From: Takakia lepidozioides
Taxonomy: Eukaryota > Plantae > Bryophyta
NCBI GenBank assembly: GCA_030704615.1
Contig: CM060733.1
Location: 30,194,001-30,258,000, forward strand
Direction of reading: 5' to 3'
DNA length: 64,000 nucleotides
In this document: in pieces, positions 63,629 to 64,000 of the stretch
Position numbering within the stretch: the stretch's first letter is position 1
Layout of the letters: every line of letters starts with the position of its first letter
Position numbers and translations under genes: made by a program
Notes under the pieces: model-generated
Seen by the model: only the letters and a program-made list of their open reading frames with translations
Told to the model about the DNA's origin: nothing
The model's database searches: none

Positions 63629-64000
63629 CCTGAGGTATGGGGGGATGCTGCTTTTAACCCACCTAGGACTCCTGCTGCATGGGAGTACAGTCGGGCTATG
63701 ATTATGTCCTTCAACCAAATTCTCATTGTGTTGGATTTGGCTTAGAAGGAATTTAGTCCTCTGCAGTTGTTGGCACATTACTACCAAATCATGCGCATTT
63801 GGTTGCCAGTGGCAACTCGGACTAAGCTTCTCCCTATCAATCGACCCATTGAGGATCATCACTTTGCAAGGTACTGGTCTAAGGCAGGCACCATGCTCAA
63901 GGAATTAATTGCCTTTCAGGTTGTACATGGGTACATCTATACCAAGACCAAGGAGGTATCTAGTATTGTCATGGGCTGTGGAGTATATTATGCTGCTTGT

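Larger units (their letters stand above)
26425..64000 (+). mobile_element. Large Ty3/gypsy non-chromovirus-type retrotransposon, split by the 26.3-kb DNA transposon; LTRs not delimited, continues beyond the window
   Basis: The gag halves at 28638-28940 and 55259-56524 join in frame, followed by PR-RT-RH-INT (56546-60050) and extra ORF remnants up- and downstream. Confidence 0.8.

Overview
Eukaryotic, repeat-rich land-plant DNA (PLS-class PPR and LRR-kinase remnants, GT-AG introns; probably a non-seed plant, not provable here). No intact host gene is evident; the window is a nest of transposons. From left to right: LINE, LRR and PPR debris; a decayed L1-type LINE (~5.0-11.8 kb) split by a 2.5-kb TIR element; a 497-bp hAT-type MITE; and a rearranged transposon derivative (~13.9-26.4 kb) holding a complete but decayed Ty3/gypsy element (17740-23029, ACCAC TSD). 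A second, large gypsy element (~26.4 kb to beyond the window) has its gag split in-frame by the main feature: a 26.3-kb Mutator-like DNA transposon (28941-55249, 9-bp TSD CAAAAGAAG, short TIRs). This element encodes two divergent MULE transposases and two intron-containing paralogues of a ParB/Srx-like domain fused to a beta-class N6-adenine/N4-cytosine DNA-methyltransferase-like domain (motif IV reads DIPD). It also carries 53-bp-period arrays of a 20-34-bp palindrome, plus single palindromes inside the introns of the ParB-MTase genes. The candidate new system is a transposon-borne ParB-MTase with its own palindromic sites. Domain calls come from motif recognition by eye and need HMM or structure confirmation.
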